This document shows, in pieces, positions 1 to 12,196 of a DNA stretch of 64,000 bases. This DNA is from Thermodesulfobacteriota bacterium. GTDB taxonomy: Bacteria > Desulfobacterota > Desulfobacteria > Desulfobacterales > SURF-7. A model generated the notes under the pieces. The model was not told where the DNA came from, made no database searches, and worked only from the letters and a program-made list of their open reading frames with translations. The DNA is taken from positions 46,369 to 110,368 of the forward strand of contig JBMORA010000035.1 in the NCBI GenBank assembly GCA_049320885.1, written 5' to 3'. The stretch's first letter is position 1; every line of letters starts with the position of its first letter. The position numbers were made by a program, and so were the translations under genes.

Positions 1-149
1 CGCTGGGCGATGTCCTCTTATTTACAATACAACCGCTTGGGACACAAGCGTGATTTTTGCCTGGCGGCGGGCCGGAGGCAGAACTGCTTCCGGGAAGATT
101 TCGTGCCCTGCAGCGGAGCGGGTGGCTGAAAAATCAGGCGGCCGCTCTT

Positions 150-1331
150 TCAATCCTTGCTTGCTCCCTGTGCATACCGCCCGTAACCTTCCTTTTCCAG
201 ATCCGCCTCCGGGATGAAGCGCAGGGCCGCCGAATTGATGCAGTAACGCAGACCCGTGGGTTCGGGGCCGTCGTCAAAGACATGGCCCAGATGGGAGTCC
301 CCGTACCGGCTGCGCACCTCGGTGCGGGTCATGAAGAGGCTCCGGTCGGTCTTTTCGATGATATAGTGCGCATCCAGCGGCCGGATGAAACTCGGCCAGC
401 CGGTGCCGGAATCGAATTTGTCGGCGGAATGGAACAGGGGTTCGCCGCTGACGATATCCACATAGATGCCGGGAGCGTGGTTTTCCCAATATTCGTTCTG
501 GAAGGGCGGCTCGGTGCCGTTTTTTCGGACCACCTGGTATTGCAGGGGCGTCAGGCGTCGGCGCAGGGTTTCGTCGTCCGGACGCTCATACGGCTTTTTT
601 TCGGCAGCGCGGATGTCCCTGTTTTCCCCTTCCTTCAAGGGGGCGGCGGCATCCGGGGCGGCGGTTTCCGGTCGCGGCCCGGGTTTCGCTTCATCCTTTT
701 CCTGCCAGACAGTTTCCAGAAACCGGTCGCGGCCGGAGTTGTAACGGTAAAAGCGGTAGCGGATGGGATTTTTCTTGTAGTAATCCTGGTGGTAGTCCTC
801 GGCCGGATAAAACCGCCCCAGGGGCAGGATTTCCGTTGCGATGGGCCGGTCGAAACGTCCGGAGGCGGCCAGTTTCCGTTTGGATTCCTCCGCCAGAAGG
901 CGTTCCTTGTCATCGGCGTAAAAAATCACGCTGCGATACTGGGCCCCCCGGTCCACGAACTGCCCGCCGGCGTCGGTGGGATCCACATGTTTCCAAAAAA
1001 CATCGAGCAGGCCGGCATAGTCGATTTTTGCCGGATCGTAGATCACCTGGATGGCTTCCACATGGCCGGTTACTCCCGAGGATACTTGTTCGTAAGTCGG
1101 ATCCGCGACCTGTCCGCCGGTGTAACCGGAAATGACCGCCGTCACTCCCGGCGCTTTTTCAAAATCCGATTCCGTGCACCAGAAACACCCGCCGGCGAAA
1201 ACGGCGGTCCGGGTTTCCGTGGCGCCGAATGCCGGTGCATCCGAATCGGCGAAAAGACCGAACCGGAAACGGTAGCCCGCGAGGAGACCCGCGGCCATCA
1301 GAATACTCAGGATGAGGGTTGTGTTTTTCAT
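150..1331 (-). CDS. msrAB: Peptide methionine sulfoxide reductase MsrA/MsrB fusion, probably exported
   Basis: FAGGCFWC MsrA motif; [11 protein letters not shown] and RYCINSAAL MsrB motifs; start placed at MKNTTLILS (hydrophobic leader). Confidence 0.93.
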   Translation of the reverse strand: MKNTTLILSILMAAGLLAGYRFRFGLFADSDAPAFGATETRTAVFAGGCFWCTESDFEKAPGVTAVISGYTGGQVADPTYEQVSSGVTGHVEAIQVIYDPAKIDYAGLLDVFWKHVDPTDAGGQFVDRGAQYRSVIFYADDKERLLAEESKRKLAASGRFDRPIATEILPLGRFYPAEDYHQDYYKKNPIRYRFYRYNSGRDRFLETVWQEKDEAKPGPRPETAAPDAAAPLKEGENRDIRAAEKKPYERPDDETLRRRLTPLQYQVVRKNGTEPPFQNEYWENHAPGIYVDIVSGEPLFHSADKFDSGTGWPSFIRPLDAHYIIEKTDRSLFMTRTEVRSRYGDSHLGHVFDDGPEPTGLRYCINSAALRFIPEADLEKEGYGRYAQGASKD

Positions 1332-1696
1332 GGTTTCCCCCTTTCGGATGGATTCGGGCCGGCGGTCATTCCGTCGGCATGAATCCGGTCGGGGCATTTT
1401 CCCCGGATGGTCGTCCCTGCTTACCGGATTATCATAAGCATCGAAACGGCCTTTGGGAAGATCCGGGGACTCGGCCTCGTTCCGCCATGGAATCCGTGGA
1501 TAATAAAATGAACCACGGATGTAATCAGATGGACACGGATGGATGACACCATGATTACGGAGACCAATGCGGGGAAACGATTGAAGGTCGAACGGGGGCA
1601 AGGCCCTGTCTGGACTCCCATCCGGAAGTCAAGAAAAGCGTGAACCGTTACGCTCCAGTTTTTCACCTTTTCCCAGGGCTGATCCCGGCAACTGGT

Positions 1697-4093
1697 TCAT
1701 GCCGGGTCCTCCGGGGCGGCGTTCCGGATTTCCCGGGCTTTTAAACGGCCCTGGATGTATTTTCCCAGGACCCAGACGGCCTGATCCGCGGAGCGGAAGA
1801 CGGGCAGGCCGCCGGACTGGAAGGCCTCGGCCAGGGGGTCGTACAGGGGGCCGCTGTCCACCACGATAATCAGGGGTTTGTCGGATCGTGCGGCCAGATG
1901 GATGATGTTGCGGGCCGGATTGCCGCCGTCCATCCCGGACGCCGCGGGCCGGAGAGTGTGCAGAAGGGGGGTCAGTGGCACCAGGGCCGCGATGACGGCG
2001 TCCACCGTCGGATCCTGGAGCAGGATTTCGATGACCGCTTCGTAAACCGTTTCGTCGGCCATGGGGGTGAGATCCAGGGGATTGTTCAGGTCCACCAGGG
2101 TGTCGAGATGGGCGTCCCGCAGGGTTTGCAGGAGTCGCTGCCGGGTGTCCGGGGTGAGCCCGGCCATTTCCAGGCGATAATCCTCGCCCAGAATGTTGTC
2201 GGCAATGCCCACGGATTCGTATCCCGCATTGCTCACCGCCGCCAGCCGGTTGCCGGATATGGTTTTACCGCCCAGGGCGGAGGAAAGCCGGAAAAGTCCC
2301 TCGAAGCCGGTGAAGGTGGTGGCCACCATGGCGCCGGCCTGGCGGACGCAGGCTTCGCAGACCATGTAATCGCTGGCCAGGGACGCGGTGTGGCTTGACA
2401 TGGCGGTTTTGCCTTCGGGCGTCCTGCCGGCCTTGTAGAAGATGACATCCTTGCCTTTCCGGACAGCCTCCCGGATGGCCCGCGCGAAATTCAGGCCGTC
2501 CAGATCCCGGAACCCTTCCATGTAAGAGGCCACGGTTTTAATGGAGTCGATGCGGTTGATGAACCGCAGCATGTCGCCGGCGGTCATGTCGATCTGATTG
2601 CCGATGGAAACGGCGTAGGCCGGGTCCAGAAAATTCAGCTTGCTCATGCGGGTGATCATGTAGGCGCCGCTTTGACTGATAAAGGCGCTGGTGCGCGGAT
2701 GGTCGCCGCGGTGCTTGGGCAGCTTGTCGTCGGGAATGAAAAACGTGTCGAATTTTCCTGGCTGGGAGAGAATGCCGAGGCTGTTGCCCCCCACAAAAAG
2801 GGGGCCGCCGCCGGGCTTGTTGCGGGCGGCGCGGATGTCCGTCTCGATTTCCAGGCTGCGTCCCGCGCTGCCTTTTTTTTCGCCCAGTCCACCGGGAATC
2901 AGCAAAACGGTTTCGGCCGCGTCCGTGTCGATGATGCGGCGTACCAGGTCCGGCACAGTATCGGCTTCCACCGCCAGAATCAGCAGGTCCGCCTTGGGGG
3001 CCAATTCCACAAGGGATGGAACCGTGGCAATGCCCTCAATCGGTTCGGCGGAGGGGTGGATGATCCGGAGGCCGGCCGGATCAAAGCCGTTTGCCAGAAT
3101 ATTCCGGAGGATGATGCGTCCCACATTCATGGATTTGCGGGAAACGCCGATCAGGGCGATCCGTTCGGGGTGCAGCAGGTTATGGATTTTGACAATCGGC
3201 CTTTCAACCGGCAACGGCTGGGGCTTGGAAAAGCGGCAACGGCCGTCCAGGGGCAGCATCAGGTAATCGGCGAAGGCGAAGGGGTTGATTTCCAGATCCT
3301 CGATGACGAATCCGGCCGCGGGATTCAGGGGTGAAAAATGATTTCCCAGGGCGATGAAGGCGGAAAAACATTCTTGCAACTGTTCGTCGGTCACCAGCCG
3401 GCGGTGTCCGCGGGTCAGCCCGGCCAGTTTCTTGTAGGAAATGGTGCGCTTGAAAAGGGGAAAAAACGCCTCGCCGCCAGTCATGACCGTGGAGGCCGTC
3501 GCGGCGGCCTGCCCTTTTTTCAGGCTTTCGGCGTAGAGCTCCGTGTCGGTGCCGCCCAGGCCGGCGGTGATGGTCATGCCGAATTCCCGGGTTCTTCTGA
3601 GGCTGACGATCAACTCGTTGCCGAATTCGTGGGAGACATCCGGAATATACTGGCAGATGAGCACGCCCTGGATATCCCGGGCGATGGCCGCGATCAAGTC
3701 TTCGCCCCGCAGATCCCGATAGATTTCCGGCGTTAGGGCGGGGTTGGTTTCCAGCATCCGGGCGAAGGCGGCCGGAACCTCATATAGCATGGCCCGGGTG
3801 GCCGAGAGGATTTTTTCCGGATCCTTCCGGGTGATGCGCACGCCGCCCACATCGCTTTTATGAGTGATGAACGGCGATACGATCTTGACGACGATATCCC
3901 CGCCCGGCAGGGAGTTCAGAATGTCCGGATTCAGACGCGCATCCCTGGCCAACAGCGAAAAACGGGGCAGGGTTTCGGCGCCGGACAGACGGATCAGTTC
4001 ATAGACTTCATGCTCATACAGAAAACTGCGGTTTTCCGTTTGCGCTTGGGAGAACAACCCGGCGATGGATTTCAAGTCGACATGGATGTCCAC
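1697..4093 (-). CDS. ADP-forming acetate/acyl-CoA ligase family protein (ATP-grasp plus CoA-binding domains)
   Basis: HKSDVGGV, ISQSGA, SHTASLAS and NNPLDLT motifs; GTG start with AGGAG upstream. Confidence 0.85.
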   Translation of the reverse strand: MDIHVDLKSIAGLFSQAQTENRSFLYEHEVYELIRLSGAETLPRFSLLARDARLNPDILNSLPGGDIVVKIVSPFITHKSDVGGVRITRKDPEKILSATRAMLYEVPAAFARMLETNPALTPEIYRDLRGEDLIAAIARDIQGVLICQYIPDVSHEFGNELIVSLRRTREFGMTITAGLGGTDTELYAESLKKGQAAATASTVMTGGEAFFPLFKRTISYKKLAGLTRGHRRLVTDEQLQECFSAFIALGNHFSPLNPAAGFVIEDLEINPFAFADYLMLPLDGRCRFSKPQPLPVERPIVKIHNLLHPERIALIGVSRKSMNVGRIILRNILANGFDPAGLRIIHPSAEPIEGIATVPSLVELAPKADLLILAVEADTVPDLVRRIIDTDAAETVLLIPGGLGEKKGSAGRSLEIETDIRAARNKPGGGPLFVGGNSLGILSQPGKFDTFFIPDDKLPKHRGDHPRTSAFISQSGAYMITRMSKLNFLDPAYAVSIGNQIDMTAGDMLRFINRIDSIKTVASYMEGFRDLDGLNFARAIREAVRKGKDVIFYKAGRTPEGKTAMSSHTASLASDYMVCEACVRQAGAMVATTFTGFEGLFRLSSALGGKTISGNRLAAVSNAGYESVGIADNILGEDYRLEMAGLTPDTRQRLLQTLRDAHLDTLVDLNNPLDLTPMADETVYEAVIEILLQDPTVDAVIAALVPLTPLLHTLRPAASGMDGGNPARNIIHLAARSDKPLIIVVDSGPLYDPLAEAFQSGGLPVFRSADQAVWVLGKYIQGRLKAREIRNAAPEDPA

Positions 4094-4242
4094 ATGTAAC
4101 TCCTGAATGAGGGGTTGTGGATGAATAGCCGTTTCAGTGTAGCAGGAGCGGTCTGGAATTTCAACGAAACATCGCAGCCAGTTGACTAAACAGACTCGCA
4201 TGTCGTACCATCGATTCTTTCAGAAAAGAAGAGGATCAACAG

Positions 4243-5700
4243 ATGCCCAAAGTCTTTTTGCATATTTTTGACACGATCCTCGGTTCCGTCCGTGAACCGT
4301 TGGTGGTGCTTGATTCGGATTTGAAAGTTGTCAGAGCCAACGATGCTTTTTATCAGACCTTCCACGTGAAACCTGAAAAGACGGAGGGGAAGATCATATA
4401 CGATCTCGGCAACCGACAATGGGACATACCCAAACTCAGGGAACTGCTCGAGAATATCCTGCCTCAGAATACGAAATTCAATGATTTTGAAGTGGAACAT
4501 ACCTTTGAAACCATCGGCCGAAAGATAATGCATCTGAATGCCAGACGGATTTACGGAAAGCTGAAGAAACCGCAGATGATCCTCCTGGCCATCGAGGATG
4601 TAACCGAACGCGAATATTATAAAAGGCATCTTGAGGAATTGGTTGAAGAACGAACGACTGAACTCAGGAGGTCAAGAGAAGCGGCGGAAACGGCGCTTGC
4701 AGAAATAAAGGATTTGAAAGAAAAGCTTGAAGCCGAAAGAACATATCTTCAGGAAGAAATCAAGCTGGAATACAACCATGAAAACATTATCGGTCAAAGC
4801 AACGAAATCAATTATGTGTTTTATAAGGTAGAGCAAATTGCGCGTACGGATACGAACGTGTTGGTTCTGGGCGAAACCGGAACCGGCAAAGAGCTGGTCG
4901 CACGGGCAATTCATGGCTTGAGCTCACGAAAAAATCGCGCTTTGGTCAAGATGAATTGCGCCACACTCCCATCAAATCTGATTGAAAGTGAGCTGTTTGG
5001 GCACGAGAAAGGCGCGTTCACCGGCGCCCAGGCAAGGCGGTTGGGGCGATTTGAGATTGCCCACGGTGCCACCTTGTTTCTCGATGAAATCGGCGAACTG
5101 CCGTTGGAATTGCAACCGAAGTTGCTCCAGGTAATTCAATGCGGTGAGTTCGAACGGTTGGGAAGCTCGGAAACGATCAAGGTAGATGTGCGAATCATCG
5201 CAGCCACAAATCGCCATCTGGAGGAAGAAGTCTGCATGGGGCGATTCCGGGAGGATCTCTGGTACCGGCTGAATGTGTTTCCAATTACGATGCCACCGCT
5301 CCGAAATCGGGTGGACGACATCCCCCTTCTGGTGAGGTTTTATGTTGATAAGATTTCAAAACGACTCGGCAAATCCATCCAGTTGATTCCAGCGGGCGTG
5401 ATGGGGGCGTTGCAGAATTATCATTGGCCCGGCAACGTTCGCGAACTGGAAAATGTTCTGGAGCGGGCGGTGATCAGTTCCTCGGGGACCAAACTGCGGC
5501 TGGTGGATGATCTTGAATTGCCCAACAGGAAATCGGCGTTGGCAGAACGGACCCTGCGGGAGGTCGAACGGGAATATATTATCCGTGTACTTGACCAGAC
5601 CCAATGGAAAATAAGCGGGAAAAAAAGCGCCGCCGAGATCCTCGGTCTTGACCGCAGCACCCTGCGCGCCCGGATGCGCAAGCTCGGTATTCAAAAATGA
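4243..5700 (+). CDS. PAS-domain sigma54-dependent transcriptional activator (bEBP, Fis-type HTH)
   Basis: GETGTGKE Walker [17 protein letters not shown] and C-terminal HTH. Confidence 0.93.
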   Translation: MPKVFLHIFDTILGSVREPLVVLDSDLKVVRANDAFYQTFHVKPEKTEGKIIYDLGNRQWDIPKLRELLENILPQNTKFNDFEVEHTFETIGRKIMHLNARRIYGKLKKPQMILLAIEDVTEREYYKRHLEELVEERTTELRRSREAAETALAEIKDLKEKLEAERTYLQEEIKLEYNHENIIGQSNEINYVFYKVEQIARTDTNVLVLGETGTGKELVARAIHGLSSRKNRALVKMNCATLPSNLIESELFGHEKGAFTGAQARRLGRFEIAHGATLFLDEIGELPLELQPKLLQVIQCGEFERLGSSETIKVDVRIIAATNRHLEEEVCMGRFREDLWYRLNVFPITMPPLRNRVDDIPLLVRFYVDKISKRLGKSIQLIPAGVMGALQNYHWPGNVRELENVLERAVISSSGTKLRLVDDLELPNRKSALAERTLREVEREYIIRVLDQTQWKISGKKSAAEILGLDRSTLRARMRKLGIQK

Positions 5701-5815
5701 AACCCGGCCGGAAAGCGCATTGCCCGCTCGTAAACCAGCAATGATATCCCGGCCCGGTTCGATGGTTCTTTTCACCGTAAACCGAATCTGACCCACCGAA
5801 ACCCAATCTCCGAAA

Positions 5816-5849
5816 CAAGGTCATATATGACCATTGGTTACATATGACC
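5816..5849. promoter_or_regulatory. Double palindrome GGTCATATATGACC, putative bEBP upstream activator site
   Basis: caaGGTCATATATGACCattGGTTACATATGACC, about 100 bp upstream of a sigma54-like motif; near-identical copy at 9755-9793. Confidence 0.65.
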
Positions 5850-5950
5850 CGGTCGATCAAGTTGTTTCTACCGGCCCCGCTGAAAACGAGAAAATGAATT
5901 GTTTATAGATATCAAAACGATGTTTTATCAAAACGATTATATTTAACATT

Positions 5951-5965
5951 CGGCATGAAGTTTGA
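5951..5965 (+). promoter_or_regulatory. Putative sigma54 -24/-12 promoter
   Basis: CGGCAT-gaagt-TTGA resembles TGGCAC-N5-TTGC; preceded by an AT-rich stretch. Confidence 0.55.
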
Positions 5966-6064
5966 TTACCTAAATGAATGACTGCATGCTGGTTATTGCA
6001 GGACTCGTTTTGTCGGCTCCACATGACTTATACTTTCGATCCGTGGGAGAAAAAGAGGTGCGCC

Positions 6065-6295
6065 ATGAAACAACTGATAGAAATCATTGCCCGAGAGCTG
6101 GTTGATGAACCGAATGTCGTATCTATTACAGAAGTTGGGGGGATGTACACATCCATTCTAGAGCTGCGGGTCGCAAAATCGGATATCGGCAAGATAATCG
6201 GCAAAAATGGTCGGACCGTCAGTGCGCTGCGGACCATCATCAGCGCTGTTTCTGCAAAAGGAAAAAAGCGCACGGTCCTTGAAATCCTTGAATAG
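6065..6295 (+). CDS. khpA: KH-domain RNA-binding protein (KhpA/UPF0109 family)
   Basis: DIGKIIGKNGRTVSALRTI KH motif, 76 aa. Confidence 0.85.
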   Translation: MKQLIEIIARELVDEPNVVSITEVGGMYTSILELRVAKSDIGKIIGKNGRTVSALRTIISAVSAKGKKRTVLEILE

Positions 6296-6329
6296 CGCAA
6301 ACATCCTGAAATACCGGGAGGTGGGAGCA

Positions 6330-6665
6330 ATGATCATCGTCAGAATTACAATGAGCGTACTTTCGGAAAAACAGAAAGAGCTGGTGCAGACCCTGCTCTC
6401 CATGATGGCGCCGTTGAAAGAAGAAGCCGGATGCCGGAGCTACGCCCTCTTTTGTGACATCGAGGATAAAAATCTGTTGACGCTTCTCGAAGAGTGGCGA
6501 ACAAGAAAAGAGCTGGATCATCACTTGCGATCTGAAATGTTCGGCGTTCTGCTGGGAACGAAGAGTCTTTTAAACGAACCGCATGGAATTCATATCTACA
6601 CCATTCAACAATCCGAAGGGGCGGAGGCCGTCCTGGCCGCGAGGGGCAAAAATATCGCCCCGTGA
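6330..6665 (+). CDS. Antibiotic biosynthesis monooxygenase (ABM) domain protein
   Basis: EAGCRSY...LLEEW...LDHHLRS pattern; GGAG RBS. Confidence 0.75.
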   Translation: MIIVRITMSVLSEKQKELVQTLLSMMAPLKEEAGCRSYALFCDIEDKNLLTLLEEWRTRKELDHHLRSEMFGVLLGTKSLLNEPHGIHIYTIQQSEGAEAVLAARGKNIAP

Positions 6666-6915
6666 TCCCATGGGCATTGAAAGGCAGGGGTCTGAATTCA
6701 ATCTCCACAAAACAACGAACCGCTGCCGGTACATCAATGAATAACGAGCAGATGGAAGATAAACGCAAAACAAAAAGCAGGCTGATCAGTGAGCGGAACC
6801 CTGCAATATGCGGCGTGCATTTGGATTTGGCCTTGGCGAGCCATCACGAACGGAATTTGTGCATTCATATTCATTCAGGAAGAATTTTCGCTCTGCTCCA
6901 TTTTCATTTTTCCTC

Positions 6916-7290
6916 TCATCCTTTAGAGTCCGAATACAGAAAACCGGCAGTCGCTTTTTCAAGAGTCTGAAAAGTTAATGGTTTCGACAATACCAGATCG
7001 ACATTTTCGTGTTTTGTTTTTCGCGATTCAAGGTCTTCAATCACACTGCCGGTTATCATGATCACCGGCGTATCCGGAGACTTTTGCTTTATACGTTTGG
7101 CTAGGATATACCCGTCCATCACCGGCATATACAAGTCCGTGGTTACAAGGTCGAATGGTGTTTGAGCAAACAGCCGCAACGCTTCCGACCCATTGAAGGC
7201 CGTCCTCACTTCATGCCCCATGTTACGGAGCATTTCAGACAGGACATCGCGCGATATTTGTTGATCATCCGTGACTAAAATGGTTGCCAT
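6916..7290 (-). CDS. Single-domain response regulator
   Basis: ILVTDD, TDLYMPVMDG, VIMITG and SKP motifs. Confidence 0.88.
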   Translation of the reverse strand: MATILVTDDQQISRDVLSEMLRNMGHEVRTAFNGSEALRLFAQTPFDLVTTDLYMPVMDGYILAKRIKQKSPDTPVIMITGSVIEDLESRKTKHENVDLVLSKPLTFQTLEKATAGFLYSDSKG

Positions 7291-7352
7291 TCGGGTCCCC
7301 TTTGTTTGTAACAGTAAGTAAACCGTGCGTCCGGCAGCGACATTCATTTGGC

Positions 7353-7730
7353 TCATCGGCACTCTAAAACCGGTAATTTTTCAAACAGGTCGATGCCGTC
7401 AAAGAGCAGCTCAATCGAACCGTCGCCCTTGGAATCATATAAATCCATGACGGATTCGGCGATTCTGATTGCATGGGGCGCGATGGGAAACAAGTTGCGG
7501 GTCCGCAGGGTCGCGACCAATGTCGCCATCCCCTCCCGAATGGAAGACAAAATAGCCGAACCTTCATACGTTTCTTCGCAGAGAAAAGAAAACGTTTCTT
7601 TGCACGCCATCGAAGAGCCTGTTTTCCTCAGCGCCCGTTGGATGATTGCATATTCTTTGATATTGAGCTTATTATTTAAACTTTCCCGGGAGATAAGAAA
7701 TTTTTGTCGCATGCATTTTCTCCGTTTCAT
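7353..7730 (-). CDS. Hypothetical protein
   Basis: ORF co-oriented within the groEL operon; start uncertain. Confidence 0.6.
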   Translation of the reverse strand: MKRRKCMRQKFLISRESLNNKLNIKEYAIIQRALRKTGSSMACKETFSFLCEETYEGSAILSSIREGMATLVATLRTRNLFPIAPHAIRIAESVMDLYDSKGDGSIELLFDGIDLFEKLPVLECR

Positions 7731-7752
7731 CCGGTTTCAATTGCAAATACGC

Positions 7753-7905
7753 TCATGGATTTTCGCCATCATCATGAGAAGGATTTGGTTCATCTTCCGG
7801 TTTTATGGTTTTACTATCCCGCTTGTTTTGTCGCTTTTGTTCTTTTTTTTCTTTTCTGGCCAGTTCTTTCTGGCGTTTTTTAAATTGAAAATTGGTTTTC
7901 GCCAA
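7753..7905 (-). CDS. Small lysine-rich protein, 50 aa (MAKTNFQFKKRQKELARKEKKEQKRQ...), absent from the ORF track
   Basis: TTG start with strong GGAGGAGG RBS; open frame to TGA at 7753; lies directly downstream of groEL. Confidence 0.65.
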   Translation of the reverse strand: MAKTNFQFKKRQKELARKEKKEQKRQNKRDSKTIKPEDEPNPSHDDGENP

Positions 7906-7956
7906 TGCTGCCCCTCCTCCGTTGGTTTTGTTGCCTGTAAAAATGGGCTGAACATT

Positions 7957-9630
<1,674 letters not shown>

Positions 9631-9647
9631 TCAGGCATTCTTTATAG

Positions 9648-9662
9648 TCAAGGTTTATGCCA
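9648..9662 (-). promoter_or_regulatory. Putative sigma54 -24/-12 promoter of the groEL operon
   Basis: Minus strand reads TGGCAT-aaacc-TTGA. Confidence 0.6.
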
Positions 9663-9754
9663 ATATGGGTACAACCGGCTTAATTAAAAAATTGTTATGA
9701 TATCAATATGTTTATTATTTGAAAGACGGTTGCCGGGAGAAGACGGGACACAAA

Positions 9755-9793
9755 GCAAGGTCATATATGACCATTGGTCATATATGACCTTGC
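9755..9793. promoter_or_regulatory. 39-bp inverted repeat made of two GGTCATATATGACC palindromes, putative bEBP site
   Basis: GCAAGGTCATATATGACCATTGGTCATATATGACCTTGC. Confidence 0.7.
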
Positions 9794-9890
9794 ATCGCCG
9801 ACAATTCTGATATTGGCGGCACTCAGCTTGAAATGATCACGAAACTCCTGAAAATATGTTGGCTCGGTTTTCCCGCCTTCACTGAGCGGG

Positions 9891-10100
9891 GTGGAACTCC
9901 AGCCGGAAATCGAGCAGCGGTATTTGAACGAGATCAAACTGTCCACCTGTCCTCAAATCATGCCAATCCGGGACGGTTATACGGCGCTGATAAATAAGGG
10001 TATGATTGAGATGACCATTCCCGACAACCCGAGGAGCCGGTTGCAGAAATACCGGCTTACCGAAAAAGGCAAGGCGCTCCTATCCGTCAAGGGAAGGTGA
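9891..10100 (+). pseudogene. C-terminal remnant of a Fic-like or ATP-binding regulator
   Basis: IEMTIPDNPRSRLQKYRLTEKG tail only. Confidence 0.55.
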
Positions 10101-10125
10101 CGAGGCAAACGAAACCCGTTTTTTT

Positions 10126-10179
10126 ATCTGTGTCCATCCGAGCAATCTGTGGATAAACCGCTTTTCCCGCCGGCGGCAG
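10126..10179 (-). repeat. Inverted half-copy of the ATCCACAGAT hairpin family
   Basis: Reverse complement resembles 30594-30650 (gcc.ccggcgggaaaagcgg.ttatccacagat...gacacagat). Confidence 0.75.
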
Positions 10180-10634
10180 AGAGATTGATCCAAAAGATTT
10201 TTTGAAGATGGTTTCCGTCCTGTGTCCGCAGCTGACACACCATTGTGATACAGATAAACACAATCGGATTTTTCAATCCCCGATGAAAAAAGTATAGCAT
10301 AAACAAATCAATGTATTATGGCGCTTTTTCATGGAAAAGACAATACAATTGAAATGTTAGGGTGATTGGTTCGAAAATGATGAATAAATAAATACTTATC
10401 GGTATTGACAAGCCGCTGGCTTTCAGGTTTAGATAAAAATCTTCTTAATATTGTTAAAGTCGGGCGTTCATTTCCATTGATTTTCAGAGGTTGGCCATCG
10501 GCGTGGCCTATCTGGTGAAGCTGGCCCTGGACGCTACGCCTCCGGATCAGATGACCCCCGAACTCCTGGACTTCAGCCACGGCATCTCCCTCGAGTTCGA
10601 CAAAGCGATCCACTTCGAGATGCTTGAAAAAGAC

Positions 10635-10669
10635 TATCCACAGATGATGCAGATTAACACAGATGAAAA
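10635..10669 (+). repeat. Left arm of the ATCCACAGAT hairpin family
   Basis: tatccacagatgatgcagattaacacagatgaaaa. Confidence 0.7.
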
Positions 10670-10735
10670 CCGTAACAATAAGCTGCGCGAATCTTCGAAA
10701 CCCGCAGATTCAAACCATTTTGTGGAGGTCAGTAA

Positions 10736-11770
10736 GTGAGCGGACTGAAAAAAAGCAATCCAGGCCCGGACTACACCCACCTCCTTGCAGAGGTGAAAGA
10801 GCGTGTTCGTTCGGCGCAATATGCCGCGTTGAAATCGGTCAATACCGAGTTGGTCGGGCTGTATTGGGACATCGGGCGGATGATCGTGGAACGCCAGACA
10901 GACGCCGAACATGGCACGGCCATAGCTGAACAGTTGGCCAAGGATCTGAGGACAGAATTTCCCGGAATCAGCGGTTTTTCCCGGCGCAATGTCTTTTATA
11001 TGCGGGAATTTTACCTGCTTTACCGCGACGATAAGCGAGTGCAACCACTGGTTGCACAAATCGGATGGACTCATAACCTGATGATTTTTCAGCGCTGTAA
11101 AGATCCTTTGGAGCGGGAATTTTATATCCGCATGACCCAAAAATTCGGCTGGTCCAAGAATGTTCTTATCCACCAGATCGACAACCAGAGCTATGAAAAA
11201 TCCCTGCTCGGCCAGACCAATTTCGATCAGGCGCTGACACCGGAACTGCGCGGTCAGGCCAAATTGGCGGTGAAGGATGAATATACCTTTGATTTTTTAG
11301 AATTGGGCGAGGAGCACAGCGAACGGGAGTTGGAACGGGCGCTGCTCGCCCGGATCGAAGACTTCCTAAGGGCCATGGGTGGTATGTTCGCCTTCATGGG
11401 CAGTCAATATCGGTTGGAGATCGATGGCGAGGAATTTTTTATCGATCTGCTGCTGTTTCACCGGCGGTTGCGCTGTCTGGTGGCCATTGAGTTGAAAATA
11501 GGGAAGTTCAGGCCGGAGTTTGTCGGCAAGATGCAGTTTTATTTGACCGCACTTGACCGACAGGTGAGGCATGAAGACGAAAATCTTTCTATCGGAATCA
11601 TTCTTTGCAAAGAAAAGAGCCGTACGATTGTCGAGTATGCCTTGCACGATGCACGCAAGCCCATTGGGGTGGCAACCTATAGAATCACCAAGACCTTGCC
11701 AAAGGAATTGAGAGGACAGTTGCCACTGCCGGAAGAGATTGCAGCCCTGCTGGAAGGGATTGAAGAATGA
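10736..11770 (+). CDS. DUF1016/YhcG-family PD-(D/E)XK nuclease
   Basis: LYWDIG, GFSRRN, KDEYTFDFL, IDLLLFH..LRCLVAIELK and IGIILC motifs. Confidence 0.9.
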   Translation: MSGLKKSNPGPDYTHLLAEVKERVRSAQYAALKSVNTELVGLYWDIGRMIVERQTDAEHGTAIAEQLAKDLRTEFPGISGFSRRNVFYMREFYLLYRDDKRVQPLVAQIGWTHNLMIFQRCKDPLEREFYIRMTQKFGWSKNVLIHQIDNQSYEKSLLGQTNFDQALTPELRGQAKLAVKDEYTFDFLELGEEHSERELERALLARIEDFLRAMGGMFAFMGSQYRLEIDGEEFFIDLLLFHRRLRCLVAIELKIGKFRPEFVGKMQFYLTALDRQVRHEDENLSIGIILCKEKSRTIVEYALHDARKPIGVATYRITKTLPKELRGQLPLPEEIAALLEGIEE

Positions 11771-12093
11771 GTGCATACCCCTCATTTGATCCGGGCACAG
11801 TTGAGGCCATTGCCAAGATGATAGGCGAAGGCTGGATCGCCGAAGAAGCCGTGGCCCTGGCCCTCTACTGTTTTCTCAAACACCCCGACATCTACGCCGA
11901 CACCGTCATCCGCGCTGCCAACACCAACACCAACGGCGACTCGGATTCCATTGCCTGCATCGCCGGGGGGATCAGTGGTGCGTATCTGGGGGTTGCGGCG
12001 ATTTCCGGTGAATGGGTCAGACGGGTTGAAAAGATGGAATACCTGGACACTTTGGCGATTCGACTGGTTGAAAAAAAAGAGTTCAAGGTTTGA
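11767..12093 (+). pseudogene. ADP-ribosylglycohydrolase C-terminal fragment, apparently fused to an unrelated N-terminus
   Basis: GDSDSIACIAGGISGAYLG motif; only 108 aa. Confidence 0.7.
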
Positions 12094-12114
12094 AAGTTCA
12101 AGGTTCAGGGTTGA
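12081..12114 (+). repeat. GTTCAAG heptamer run (left arm only)
   Basis: gttcaaggtttgaaagttcaaggttcagggttga. Confidence 0.65.
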
Positions 12115-12196
12115 AAAACAATCAGGTGGTTAAAAATCCGGTTTTATTTTGTAAAAATATATAGTATGGTATGTATAAATATATAATAAATACCTT

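Noticed and set aside
57..1382. Long antisense ORFs (also 7348-8790, 12122-13462, 56663-57910, 58869-60176)
   Set aside because: Shadow frames of well-supported opposite-strand genes in GC-rich DNA, with no motifs.
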